The notes under the pieces were generated by a model. That model saw only the letters and a program-made list of their open reading frames with translations, was not told where the DNA came from and searched no databases. A DNA stretch of 64,000 bases from Candidatus Latescibacterota bacterium (lineage in GTDB: Bacteria; Latescibacterota; UBA2968; UBA8231), in the NCBI GenBank assembly GCA_965243025.1, contig CBDETY010000003.1, forward strand, positions 800,001-864,000. The letters run 5' to 3'. The stretch's first letter is position 1. Each line of letters starts with the position of its first letter. Below, one piece after another: positions 28,301 through 38,409 of the stretch. The position numbers and the translations under genes were made by a program.

Positions 28301-31300
28301 GTTCATCAGCCTGCGCGCCCCCGCCAGCGCCGGCACCTACTACTACGGGGCCTGCGTCGAGAGTGTCAGCGGAGAAACCAATACCGGAAACAACTGCTCC
28401 GCTGCCGTGACCGTAACCGTTCCCGGAACCGTCACTCCGCCACCCCCCCAACCGGGAGTGGCGAAGCTGTACTGGTCGGACTGGGGCACGGACAAGATTC
28501 AGCGTGCAAACCTCGACGGCTCGAATGTCGAAGACCTGGTCACAAGCGCCGGACTGGACGGTCCGGACGGGCTGTCCCTGGATCTGGCCGGCGGCAAGAT
28601 CTACTGGGCGGATGCGGGGACGAACAAGATCCAGCGCGCCAACCTCGACGGCTCCGGGATCGAAGACCTGGTCACCGGCCTGGGGATTCCATACGGCCTG
28701 GCACTGGACGTGGCCGGCGGCAAGATGTACTGGACCAACCGGCAGACGAACAAGATCCAGCGGACAAACCTCGATGGCTCCGGGGTCGAGGACCTCGTCA
28801 CCAGCGGCTTGACTTTCCCCGGAGCCCTGGCTCTCGACGTAGCCGGCGGCAAGATGTACTGGACGAATCCCGGCGCGACGAAAATCCAGCGGGCAAACCT
28901 GAGCGGCTCACATGTCGAAGATCTCGTCACCAGCGGCTTGAGCAGTCCCACCGGGCTGGCCTTGGATGTAGCCGGCGGCAAGATGTACTGGACCGACCGG
29001 GGCACGGACAAAATCCAGCGGGCAAACCTGAACGGCTCCGGGGTCGAAGACCTCGTCACCAGCGGTCTGAACACTCCCAGTGGGCTTGCCCTGGACGTAG
29101 CCGGGGGCAAGATGTACTGGGCGGACACGGGTACGAACAAGGTACAGCGGGCCAATCTCAATGGCTCCGGGATCGAAGACCTTCTCACCAGCTCGGACGG
29201 ACTGGACGACCCATCCGGTATCGCCATCGGGGGAACCGGGCCCGGTGGTGGCGGCGGCACGTCCCCTGCCCCCGACCTCGTCGTCGATGCCCCCACGGTC
29301 AGCAACAGCAGCCCGACTGCAGGCGCTTCCTTCACCCTGAGGGCCACGGTTCGCAACCAGGGGACCGGGAGGTCAAGCTCGACCACCCTGCGCTACTACC
29401 GATCCACCGACGCGACGATCTCCACCAGCGACACCGAAGTCGGCACCGACCTGGTGAGCACCCTGTCCGCCTCTCGCACCAGTTCCGAGTCGATCTTCCT
29501 TTCCGCCCCATCGAACGCCGGAACCTACTACTACGGAGCCTGCGTCGAGAGCGTCAGCGATGAGAGCGATACCGGCAACAACTGCTCCTCGGCCGTTACC
29601 GTAAACGTGGGCGCGGCTCCCGCCCCCGACCTGATTGTCGAGGCCCCAACGGTCAGCAACAGCAGCCCGACCGCCGGAGCCTCCTTCACCCTGAGGGCCA
29701 CGGTACGCAACCAGGGAACCGGGAGGTCAAGCTCGACCACCCTGCGCTACTACCGATCCACCGACGCGACGATCTCCACCAGCGACACCGAAGTCGGCAC
29801 CGACGCGGTGACCACCCTGTCCGCATCCCGCACCAGTGCGGAGTCGATCAGCCTCCGCGCACCCTCGAGCGCGGGGACCTACTACTTCGGAGCCTGCGTC
29901 GAGAGCGTCAGCGACGAAACCGATACCGGAAACAACTGCTCCTCAGCGGTGACCGTAACCGTGGGCGCCGCCCCTGCCCCGGATCTCGTCGTCGACTCGC
30001 CTTCGGTCAGCAACAGCAGCCCGACAACGGGGGCTTCCTTCAGGCTGAGCGCCACCATTCGAAACCAGGGAACGGGCCAGTCCGCTTCGACCACCGTGCG
30101 CTTCTACCGCTCGAGCGACGGGACGATCTCTGCCAGCGATTCAGAGGTGGGATCAGCCCACACAGTGGGCGGCTTGGCGGCCTCACGAACAAGTACCCAT
30201 TCAACCGACCTGACCGCCCCCTCGAGCGCCGGAACCTACTACTACGGCGCCTGTGTCGAGAGCGTCAACGGCGAATCCAATACCGGCAACAACTGCTCTT
30301 CAGCGGTGACCGTCACCGTTTCTGCGACCGTCACTCAGCCGGACCCCCAACCCGCCGGGATATCAAAGGTTTACTGGTCGGACTGGGGCACGGACAAGAT
30401 CCAGCGCGCCGACCTCGACGGCTCCAATGTCGAAGACCTGGTGACAACCGGACTTGATGGACCGGATGGGCTGGCCGTGGACGCTGCCGGCGGCAAGTTG
30501 TACTGGACCGACGCGGGCACCGCGAAGATTCAGCGGTCCGACCTCGACGGCTCCAACGTCGAAGATCTGGTGACCAGCGGTCTGGGCATCCCATACGGCC
30601 TGGCCCTGGATGTCTCCGGCGGAAAGATCTACTGGACCGACCGGCAGTCGTCCAAGATCCAGCGGGCGGATCTCGACGGCTCAAACGTCGAAGACCTCCT
30701 GACGCTGGCTGGATTGGCTTTTCCAGCAGAAATAGCCGTCGACCCGGCCGGCGGAAAGATCTACTGGACGAACCCGGGAGCGGACAAGGTTCAGCGGGCC
30801 GACCTCGACGGCTCCAATCTCGAAGACCTGGTAACCAGCGGCCTGAGCAGCCCCAACGGGGTGGCCCTGGACGTGGCCGGCGGGAAGATCTACTGGACCG
30901 ACCGGGGCACGGACAAGATCCAACGGGCCGACCTGAGCGGGTCCAATGTCCAGGACCTGGTAACCAGCGGCCTGAGCGGTCCCAACGGTCTGGATCTGGA
31001 CGCAGCTGGGGGCAAGATCTACTGGACCGACGCAGAGACGAACAAGCTTCAGCGGGCCAACCTCGACGGCTCCGGAGTCGAAGACCTTCTCACCAGCTCC
31101 GACGGACTGGTCGATCCATCCGGAATTGCCCTGGGAGTTGAGAGTTCCAGTAGCAGCAGTAACACCTATGGGGTGGGCGATGCGCTCCCCGGTGTCCCCA
31201 CGGGCTCCTTCTTTCCGGCGCGCCTTTCCGGTGGTGCAAGGCTTTCCAGCTCCGGGGGAACCACGACCATCACTTTCAACAATGGAGCCGAAATGGAACT

Positions 31301-31385
31301 GCAGGATGGGACCACTTATACCTGTATCGCTTCAGGGGGATGCAGAGTGGAGAACGGACGCGTCACCATGGGGGAATTCGAATAG
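25365..31385 (+). CDS. Giant secreted protein (2006 aa): N-terminal FlgD-Ig, dockerin-like pair, 8 CARDB-like repeats, 2 YWTD/LDL-receptor beta-propellers
   Basis: HNYPNPFNPST; GDVDNNSRVDIFD...GDVNRDGRTDLTD; PDLVV...GTYYYGACVESV...NNCS x8; KMYWTD...[10 protein letters not shown] repeats in two blocks. Confidence 0.9.
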   Translation: MKVAIGCLVWLLSSLQTEAEPFVEGRVRLASGDPAAGAQVLLFDLTDLRLAPAAATTDEAGYFALPFGGLRGRVPVRPERFELGHNYPNPFNPSTVIPYQLPAPTRVRLEIFNILGQRVTTLADGERPSGFHTARWNATDASGRAVAAGVYFYRLKGDGVHLTRRMVLIDGQAGIPSAGAGGPSTAAREEVETPPVAGLTVSGEGLVPYLDPAFRVEPGMAPVDIVVEALGGVRHGKAASSGILGDVDNNSRVDIFDALLVAVYSANPSLVMPNNGDITLGDVNRDGRTDLTDAYHIAAYTVDPSDPTLPPGIGEALTQGTGTASLSPLPSTVSFEDDGVWHRFTVRAGEPIVVVANPTGTTPRVEINATSGSNYCPAEAEDDRARQDGQEVYLAGCSSGTGTVELRRASDQTVLQTYTFTIREQGTGGGGGGTGPDLVVEAPTVSNGSPTAGASFTLRARVRNQGAARSSSTTLRYYRSTDATVSASDTEVGTDLVSSLSASRTSFESISLRAPSSAGTYYYGACVESVSGETNTGNNCSASVTVTVGAAPAPDLVVDAPTVSNSSPAGGGSFTLRTTVRNQGTGRSSSTTLRYYRSTDATVSTSDTEVGTDRVSSLSASRTSSEWISLRAPSSAGTYYYGACVESVTGETNTGNNCSASVTLTVGAAPAPDLVVEAPTVSNSSPAAGGSFTLRTTVRNQGTGRSSSTTLRYYRSTDATVSTSDTEVGTDRVSSLSASRTSSEFISLRAPSSAGTYYYGACVESVTGETNTGNNCSAAVTLTVGAAPAPDLVVDAPTVSNSSPAAGASFTLRTTVRNQGSGRSSSTTLRYYRSTDATVSTSDTEVGTDVVSSLSASRTSSEFISLRAPSSAGTYYYGACVESVTGETNTGNNCSAAVTVTVDAAPAPDLVVDTPTVSNSSPTGGASFTLRATVRNQGAARSGSTTLYYFRSTHARVSTGDTVGTDPVSSLSASRTSSEFISLRAPASAGTYYYGACVESVSGETNTGNNCSAAVTVTVPGTVTPPPPQPGVAKLYWSDWGTDKIQRANLDGSNVEDLVTSAGLDGPDGLSLDLAGGKIYWADAGTNKIQRANLDGSGIEDLVTGLGIPYGLALDVAGGKMYWTNRQTNKIQRTNLDGSGVEDLVTSGLTFPGALALDVAGGKMYWTNPGATKIQRANLSGSHVEDLVTSGLSSPTGLALDVAGGKMYWTDRGTDKIQRANLNGSGVEDLVTSGLNTPSGLALDVAGGKMYWADTGTNKVQRANLNGSGIEDLLTSSDGLDDPSGIAIGGTGPGGGGGTSPAPDLVVDAPTVSNSSPTAGASFTLRATVRNQGTGRSSSTTLRYYRSTDATISTSDTEVGTDLVSTLSASRTSSESIFLSAPSNAGTYYYGACVESVSDESDTGNNCSSAVTVNVGAAPAPDLIVEAPTVSNSSPTAGASFTLRATVRNQGTGRSSSTTLRYYRSTDATISTSDTEVGTDAVTTLSASRTSAESISLRAPSSAGTYYFGACVESVSDETDTGNNCSSAVTVTVGAAPAPDLVVDSPSVSNSSPTTGASFRLSATIRNQGTGQSASTTVRFYRSSDGTISASDSEVGSAHTVGGLAASRTSTHSTDLTAPSSAGTYYYGACVESVNGESNTGNNCSSAVTVTVSATVTQPDPQPAGISKVYWSDWGTDKIQRADLDGSNVEDLVTTGLDGPDGLAVDAAGGKLYWTDAGTAKIQRSDLDGSNVEDLVTSGLGIPYGLALDVSGGKIYWTDRQSSKIQRADLDGSNVEDLLTLAGLAFPAEIAVDPAGGKIYWTNPGADKVQRADLDGSNLEDLVTSGLSSPNGVALDVAGGKIYWTDRGTDKIQRADLSGSNVQDLVTSGLSGPNGLDLDAAGGKIYWTDAETNKLQRANLDGSGVEDLLTSSDGLVDPSGIALGVESSSSSSNTYGVGDALPGVPTGSFFPARLSGGARLSSSGGTTTITFNNGAEMELQDGTTYTCIASGGCRVENGRVTMGEFE
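26670..28420 (+). repeat. Intragenic tandem array of five 354-bp CARDB-coding units (three more at ~29271-30320)
   Basis: Antisense ORF ends recur at 27139, 27493, 27847 and 28201 (period 354); the DNA units are near-identical. Confidence 0.9.
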
Positions 31386-31592
31386 GCATTCCTGACGGAT
31401 GAAAACGCCAGGCGTGAACGGGAAATACCTCGGGGGCGGTTGTTCCCTTCCCAAGCGGGGCAGGCCTCTACCGACTGGAGAGCGCCGAGGAAGTGCTGAC
31501 CCGGAAACTCACTTTTTTTCCGGTGAGCGACTGGTATGCCAGAATTCCACCAAGGGTTCCGGAACATGGACACGAAACACGGGCATTGCCCC

Positions 31593-34500
31593 ATGAAAAC
31601 TCCCCTTCTTCACTTCTCATTGGCGGTGCTCGGTTCTTTTGGCTCACCGCTGGCCTTTGCCCATCAGCCGTCTTCGTCATCGGATGCCACGAATTTCCAA
31701 CCCTTCGATTCCGAGCAGTGGGAGCGCGCACTCCGCCCTGCGGGCAAACAGCTCCAGGACCTGAACGTCGGCGAACCGCGCACCGTGCGACTCTTCTACT
31801 TCCTGCCCAACGACATGACGTACCGCGCGAAGGTGGTTGCGGCAATGAAAACCGGGATCGTCGAACTTCAGACCTTCTTTGCAGAGCAGATGGAAACGCA
31901 TGGGCACGGTCGAAAAACCTTCCAATTTGAAACCGATGACCAGGGGGACCCGGTCGTTCACCGGGTCGATGGAGACTACTCCGACAGCCATTACACCAGC
32001 AGCGGCAATACAGAGGGCGAAATTGCCCGTGTTTTTGATAACTCGGCAAACGCCGCCCTTATAGTAATGGACATTAGTGGACGGTCTGGCAGTGGACAAG
32101 GCACCGGAACAAAGAGTAGTGGTTGGCTGATAATTTACGGAGGATGGAATTGGACTGCTGCTGCCCATGAGCTCGGGCACATCTTCGGTTTGCACCACGA
32201 TTTTCGGGATGATACATACATCCTGTCGTATGGACGTCCGAATCAATCATCTGCCAAGTTGTCAGGGTGCGCTGCGGCATTTTTAAAGGTGCATCCCCTA
32301 CTTCAACCCCGACGTACCCCTTGAGAACGAATCTCCGCCCACGGTTGAACTCACTTCGTCTGAATTCCCGTTCGGGTCCGAAAGTACCAAGGTCGGACTG
32401 AGAGTCCGCGATGACGAAGCCCTTCATCAGTTAATCCTGTTCGTCCATCCAAAGAACCCCTTTCTAGGCGGCACCCCGGAAGTGAAAGCGTGGCAGAGAT
32501 TGGCGGCAAATACAGATACCGTTGTTGATTTCGACTTCGATGGCAGGCTTCCGTCCGACAATGTCGGCACCAGTCCTGAGGCTCATACGACACTTTCCAA
32601 CACGGCCCAGCATCCCATTTATGTCGTGGCAGTCGATACCGAAGGGAACAGGACCAATACTTTTTCTCCCATGAGTTTTACCCTTGAGGCAGGGCATTCG
32701 CCGCAACACATCGCCACAGTTGACCGGCACTACAATGATCACCCCAGCCTGGCGATTTCTCCTGATGGCTCGCATTTGGCGATCGGGAGCGGAGGTATAG
32801 TAGAGTTACTGGATACCGGAATACGGGAAAGTATAACAACCTTTCGCCATACTCCGGGAAACCGGTATGGTAACAGGGTCGCGTTTTCACACGATGGGAC
32901 GCTGCTCGCCTCCGGATCGGGAAATAGCACGATCAAGGTGTGGAACGTGGCAACAAGACAAAACATCGCCACACTCGAAGGGCATACGGATCAAATCTTG
33001 TCTGTGGACTTTTCAGCCGACGGGACACTGCTCGCTTCCGGATCACTTGATCGCACAGTCAGGTTGTGGAACGTGGCAACATGGACCGGTGGCGCCAGCC
33101 TTGAAGGACACTTAAGTGGAATTGTCTCGGTTGCCTTTTTACCTGATGGAACGCTTGCTTCCAAGTCCTCTGGCGGCACCGTCAAGCTGTGGAATGTGGC
33201 ATCAGAATCAGAAATTTCCACCCTTGATACGGAAGCGGGGGGACTAGCGATTTCACCCGATGGTACAATCCTCGCATCAGGGCATCCTTACAGCTACGCG
33301 TTTAAGCTGTGGGACCTGGCGACAGGAATGGAAACCGCCACCCTCAACCGTATGCGCGACTACTCTTGGGTTCGTTTCGCATTTTCGCCCGATGGTACAG
33401 TCCTCGCGGTAGCGGCCAATGGCTTGATTGAAATGTGGGACGTTCAGAAGGAAGAATTCATCGCCGTCATCTCAGGGGGACCGGGAGGGGTGGGAAGCTT
33501 GTTGTTCTCACCCAATGGAAAGCAACTTATTGGCTCTGCAAGCAAGGGAATCAAATTCTGGGACGTTTCCGAGTGGACGGCTCCCACAACCCCAGTCAGC
33601 GACCGTACGCCTCAGGTTCGCGACGCCATCGTAGGCTTCGCCGGGGTAAATTCTGCAAACGATGTGACTGATGCACATCTCGCGGAAATCACGAGCCTCA
33701 ATCTGGGGTATAACTCGATCACCGCGCTGAAAAGTGGAGATTTTAGCGGGTTATCCTCCCTGAGAATCCTAAACATCGAAAATAATGGGCTGACCAGCCT
33801 GCCTGAGGATGTTTTCGACGAATTATCTTCCCTGGCACTACTGAACATCAACGATAATGGGTTAACCAACCTGCCTGAGGATGTTTTCGACGGGTTATCT
33901 TCCCTGGAAAGCCTGAACATCCACAATAATGGGCTGACCAGCCTGCCTGAGGATGTTTTCGACGGATTATCTTCCCTGAGAATCCTGAACATCGAAAATA
34001 ATGGGCTGACCAGTCTGCCTGAGGATGTTTTCGACGGATTATCTTCCCTGAGAATCCTGAACATCCACGGTAATGGGCTGACCAGTCTGCCGGAGGATGA
34101 TTTGTTTGGCGGATTATCTTCTCTGCAAAGAATTGTGCTGGCCAACAATGAACTGACGACATTGCCCAATGGCATATTTAAAGGGTTAACGACACTGTCG
34201 ATACTCCTGTTGCAAGGCAACTCCGTTGACTCGCTCCCCCTAACCGTTTCGCTAGGACGGGTTGGCGCTGATCAGTTCAAGGCGGTTGCTCCCACTGGAG
34301 CCCCGTTCAATATCCTGCTGCCACTCAACGTTACCAATGGAAGCATTAATGAGGGTGCCACAACCGTTACGATTCCCATAGGCAGCGTGGAAAGCGGCCC
34401 CCTAACCGTGACCCGGACGTCCGGTTCGAGGGCTGCGGTCACCGTAGATATCGGTGCCTTGCCCGGGCTTCCATCAAACCATCAGGGCTATTCCCTCTTC

Positions 34501-35037
34501 AAATCCCCCGATCTTCCGCTGGAAGTCATCAGCAGGACAACTGACCAACAAGCCGCAACCGATTTCAACGGGGACGGCAAGACCGATTTTGTCGACTTCT
34601 TCCTCTTTGCCGACGCCTTCGGCAGCACGGACCCAAAGTTTGACCTCGACGGCAGCGGTACGGTCGATTTCGTCGACTTCTTCCAGTTCGTCGATGCCTT
34701 CGACCAACCGGGGCAGGCCAAGTTGCTTGCGATTGCCCAGGAGATGATCGGACTGCCTGCCGAAACCGAACTGCAACAGAACGCCCCCAACCCATTCAAC
34801 AGCGAGACCGTGATTTCCTGGTTCCAGGTGGAACCGAGCGCGGCGCGAGTGGAGGTGTTCGCCTTGACCGGGCAGCGGCTTGCGGTCCTGCACCAGGGGC
34901 CGCACCAGTCCGGGTTCCACCGCATCCACTGGGACGGCCGCGACGATGCAGGCCGCGCCCTGGCCAGCGGGGTATATCTCTACCGGCTGGTGAGCGCCGA
35001 CCGCGTCCTGACGCGCAAACTCACCCTGCTGAGATAG
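31593..35037 (+). pseudogene. Secreted zincin metallopeptidase + WD40 + LRR + EF-hand/dockerin-like + FlgD-Ig protein, split by a +1 frameshift (or a sequencing error)
   Basis: AAHELGHIFGLHH zinc motif; CCCC at 32295-32298 where paralogs have CCC (cat/aat ccc tac); removing one C joins ORFs 31536..32324 and 32482..35037; 72-bp LRR repeats at 33751-34110. Confidence 0.85.
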
Positions 35038-35049
35038 TCGAATTCCCCG

Positions 35050-37389
35050 ATGAAAAACCAACTTTTCAATCGGACACTCATCGTGCCGATCCTGGCGGTG
35101 ATGCTGGTGTTATGCATCCTGCCTGGAACCAGCCACGGTGGAGGCGTCGGCGATGTAATCGGAGGAATCGTCGAGGTCACCGTCGGCCTCGTGGAAGTGA
35201 CCGTCGGGATCGTCGAGATCGCCGTCGGGGTAATCGACCTTACCGTCAGCCTCCTTGCCACCCTCGCCTTGCATACGGCTGCCGTCACCGCCGCAATCAT
35301 CAGCCCGGACGGCGCGACGCTGATCAGCGCAAGCCTCGACCTCACAATTGCACTGTGGGATCTCACGACCGGGTTACTCACGGCGACTCTGGAGCATCTG
35401 TCTCCGGTCCTGAGCCTAGCCCTCTGCCCCATCGATGCCTGCCTTCTCGCAAGCGGAACCGAGGACGGCAAGCTCCACCTGTGGGACCCCGACACCGGGC
35501 AACTCACCGCCACCCTTACCGGGCACACGGCTGCGATACTGAGCACGGCCTTCAGTCTCCTTGACCACTGCCTGCTGGCAAGCAGCAGTGCGGACGGGAC
35601 CATCCGTGTCTGGGATGCGGAAGCGGGTACACACCATCGGACCCTCACCGGACATGGCGACAGCGTCCTGAGCGTTGCCTTCAACTCCACTGGCGACAAG
35701 CTGGCCAGCGGGGGCGCGGACGGCACCATCCGTCTCTGGAACCCAGGGACAGGCGCTCACCAACAGACACTCACCGGGCACACCGAAGCCGTCAGGAGCC
35801 TTGCCTTCAGTTTCAGCGACAGCTTGCTGGCCAGTGGCAGTGGGGACGGAACGGTGCGGGTGTGGAATGCCCTCACCGGGGAGCACCTCGCCACTCTCGA
35901 TCACAAGTCTCCTGTCCTGAGCGTGGCCTTCGGTCCCGGAGACAGTCTGTTCGCCACCGGCAGTGAGGATGGCAACGCGCGCTTGTGGGACCCCGCGGGC
36001 GAACTATTGGCAACACTCGGGCACGAGTCTCCCGTCCGGAGCGTGTCCTTCAGTCCGGATGGCGGCACGCTGATCAGCGGGGCGGAGGACGGCAAGGTCC
36101 GGCAGTGGCAGGTAACGTCCGTCGCCAGTTGTTGTCCCCGGAATCCGGCGAACGACTTCAATACGATGAAAGCTGCCGGGAACGAATCGCCGCGAGGCAT
36201 CTGGTCGGACGGAACCACCATGTGGGTTGTGGACGACTGGGACGACAAGCTGTACGCCTACGACATGGCCTTCAGAAACCGGGATTCCGCCAAGGACTTC
36301 ACTACCCTGGATGCGGCTGGAAACAAAAAACCATCCGGCATCTGGTCGGACGGAACCACCATGTGGGTCGCCGACTATTTCGGAAGAAAGCTGTACGCCT
36401 ACGACATGGCATCCAAAGCCCGGGATTCCTCCAAGGATTTCAATACCCTGGATGCAGCCGGGAACACCAGGCCTCAGGGCATCTGGTCTGACGGAACCAC
36501 CATGTGGGTGGCGGACGACTGGGACGAGAAACTGTACGCTTACGACAGGGCATCCAAGGCCCGGGATTCCGCACAGGACTTCGACACTGGCGGGAATAAC
36601 TACCCTACGGGCCTCTGGTCGGACGGAACGACCCTGTGGGTGGCCAACTATGCCGGCTCCAAGCTGCATGCCTACGACCTGACCGCCAAGGCCCAGGAAC
36701 CGGCCAGGGACTTCCTTACCCTGCGCTCCGCGGGAAACACCCTCCCTGTCGGCATCTGGTCTGACGGAACCACCATGTGGGTAACGGACGATTCCGACAG
36801 AAAGCTTTACGCCTACGACATGCCAACCGATGGTGATACACCGGCCGGGGACACACCCCAAAATCCCGGTACGGGTACAACGACACCGCCTCCGCAAACC
36901 TCAACGGCCACCGATTTCAACGGGGACGGAAAGACCGATTTCGTCGACTTCTTCCAGTTCATCGACGCCTTCGGCAGCACGGATTCCCGCTTCGACCTCG
37001 ACGGCAGCGGCACGGTCGATTTCGTCGACTTCTTCCAGTTCGTCGATGCCTTCGGCCAGGAGGAGCGCGCCAAGATGGTGGCAATAGCCCAGGAAACGAT
37101 CGGCTTGCCAGCGGAAACTCAGCTCCACCAGAATGCGCCCAACCCGTTCAACAGTGATACGGTCATTTCCTGGTTCCTGCTGGAGCCGGGGCCGGCGCAA
37201 TTGGAGGTGTTGTCCCTGACCGGACAAAGGGTGGCCGCCCTGCATCAGGGCCCGCAACAGGCGGGACGCCACCGGATCCATTGGGACGGTAGGGACAATG
37301 GGGGCCGTCCCCTGGCCAGCGGGGTTTACCTGTACCGCCTGGTTACGAACGAAAGTGTCCTGACGCGGAAACTCACCCTGCTGCGATGA
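35050..37389 (+). CDS. Secreted WD40 protein with GIWSDGTTMWV repeats, EF-hand/dockerin-like pair and C-terminal FlgD-Ig
   Basis: TLTGH...LASGS.DGT.R.W repeats; five GxWSDGTTxWV repeats (about 141-bp period); TDFNGDGKTDFVDF; QNAPNPFN...TRKLTLLR. Confidence 0.88.
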   Translation: MKNQLFNRTLIVPILAVMLVLCILPGTSHGGGVGDVIGGIVEVTVGLVEVTVGIVEIAVGVIDLTVSLLATLALHTAAVTAAIISPDGATLISASLDLTIALWDLTTGLLTATLEHLSPVLSLALCPIDACLLASGTEDGKLHLWDPDTGQLTATLTGHTAAILSTAFSLLDHCLLASSSADGTIRVWDAEAGTHHRTLTGHGDSVLSVAFNSTGDKLASGGADGTIRLWNPGTGAHQQTLTGHTEAVRSLAFSFSDSLLASGSGDGTVRVWNALTGEHLATLDHKSPVLSVAFGPGDSLFATGSEDGNARLWDPAGELLATLGHESPVRSVSFSPDGGTLISGAEDGKVRQWQVTSVASCCPRNPANDFNTMKAAGNESPRGIWSDGTTMWVVDDWDDKLYAYDMAFRNRDSAKDFTTLDAAGNKKPSGIWSDGTTMWVADYFGRKLYAYDMASKARDSSKDFNTLDAAGNTRPQGIWSDGTTMWVADDWDEKLYAYDRASKARDSAQDFDTGGNNYPTGLWSDGTTLWVANYAGSKLHAYDLTAKAQEPARDFLTLRSAGNTLPVGIWSDGTTMWVTDDSDRKLYAYDMPTDGDTPAGDTPQNPGTGTTTPPPQTSTATDFNGDGKTDFVDFFQFIDAFGSTDSRFDLDGSGTVDFVDFFQFVDAFGQEERAKMVAIAQETIGLPAETQLHQNAPNPFNSDTVISWFLLEPGPAQLEVLSLTGQRVAALHQGPQQAGRHRIHWDGRDNGGRPLASGVYLYRLVTNESVLTRKLTLLR

Positions 37390-37423
37390 AGTACAGGAAA
37401 ACTTTCACTTAAAGAAGAGATGG

Positions 37424-37453
37424 ATCGTTGGGGAGCGTCACCAAACGATTTTT
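37424..37453 (+). terminator. Possible Rho-independent terminator
   Basis: Imperfect stem atcgttgg/ccaaacgat followed by a T-run, after the 37389 stop. Confidence 0.4.
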
Positions 37454-37580
37454 CCCCACCGGTTCGGAGTCCCTTTTAAAACAGAAACCAAAGATCTGGT
37501 GTCTACACAAATACACAAGGTGTTCTACATTGGCTTAAGTAATTTGTAACGGGCCCTTTTGATCGACAGGAGAAACGTAT

Positions 37581-38267
37581 ATGCAGTGTTTTTTTCTGGT
37601 CTTCTGCCTGACCGCGCTTGCAATGCACTCCCCGCTCTTCGCCCAGAAGATTGAAGATGTCATTCACTTGAAGAATGGAGAAACTGTTCGCGGCACCATC
37701 ATCGAGCAGATTCCGGGCGAATCGCTGAAGATACAAACCGCAGACGGCAGCGTCTTCGTCTATACGATATACGAAATCGCGGAAATAAGCAGGGAACCGG
37801 TGATGAAAATGGGAGAAGGATTCATCAAGGCCAAAAGGAAAAATCCCTGGCTTGCTTCGGGCCTGTCGTTGCTGATTCCGGGTACGGGACAATTTTATAA
37901 CGACCAACACAAAAAGGGGTTGCCACAACTCGGTGCTGCACTTGCAGGGGCAGGGCTTATGTGGTGGGCTGTGAAAGATAATTATGAAAGTTGGGAGAGT
38001 TATGAGGAAAACCCGTCCTGGAACCCGCTTGATTGGATCGATGAGGATGGAGACGACAAGCTATTCTACTTCGGGACTCCCCTCTGGTTAGGCAGCCTGG
38101 TCTGGTCGGTGATTGATGCAAACCGCTCGGCCAACCGAATCAACCAGGAAGGTGAACAACCTGATTTCGGCCATCTGCTGGAGTTGGGTACAGACCAGGT
38201 CACGCTTGGAGTGGATCCCGTCTTCGGGCGCTACGGACCAGGTGCGAAACTTGTGCTTCATTTTTGA
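37581..38267 (+). CDS. Hypothetical membrane protein (TM2/DUF5683-like)
   Basis: AGGAG RBS; signal peptide; DVIHLKNGETVRGTIIE; KNPWLASGLSLLIPGTGQFYN; terminal Phe. Confidence 0.65.
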   Translation: MQCFFLVFCLTALAMHSPLFAQKIEDVIHLKNGETVRGTIIEQIPGESLKIQTADGSVFVYTIYEIAEISREPVMKMGEGFIKAKRKNPWLASGLSLLIPGTGQFYNDQHKKGLPQLGAALAGAGLMWWAVKDNYESWESYEENPSWNPLDWIDEDGDDKLFYFGTPLWLGSLVWSVIDANRSANRINQEGEQPDFGHLLELGTDQVTLGVDPVFGRYGPGAKLVLHF

Positions 38268-38409
38268 TCTCCACGCAATTGCCAGCTCTCCATCCTGACC
38301 GTGAGAGTGCAGGAAACTCTCTATATCTCTTTTCAAGAGCAACCGGATCGGGAATGACTGACCATCAATTAAAAACCCGTTTATCCAGTTACCCGCAAGG
38401 AGACAGGCT

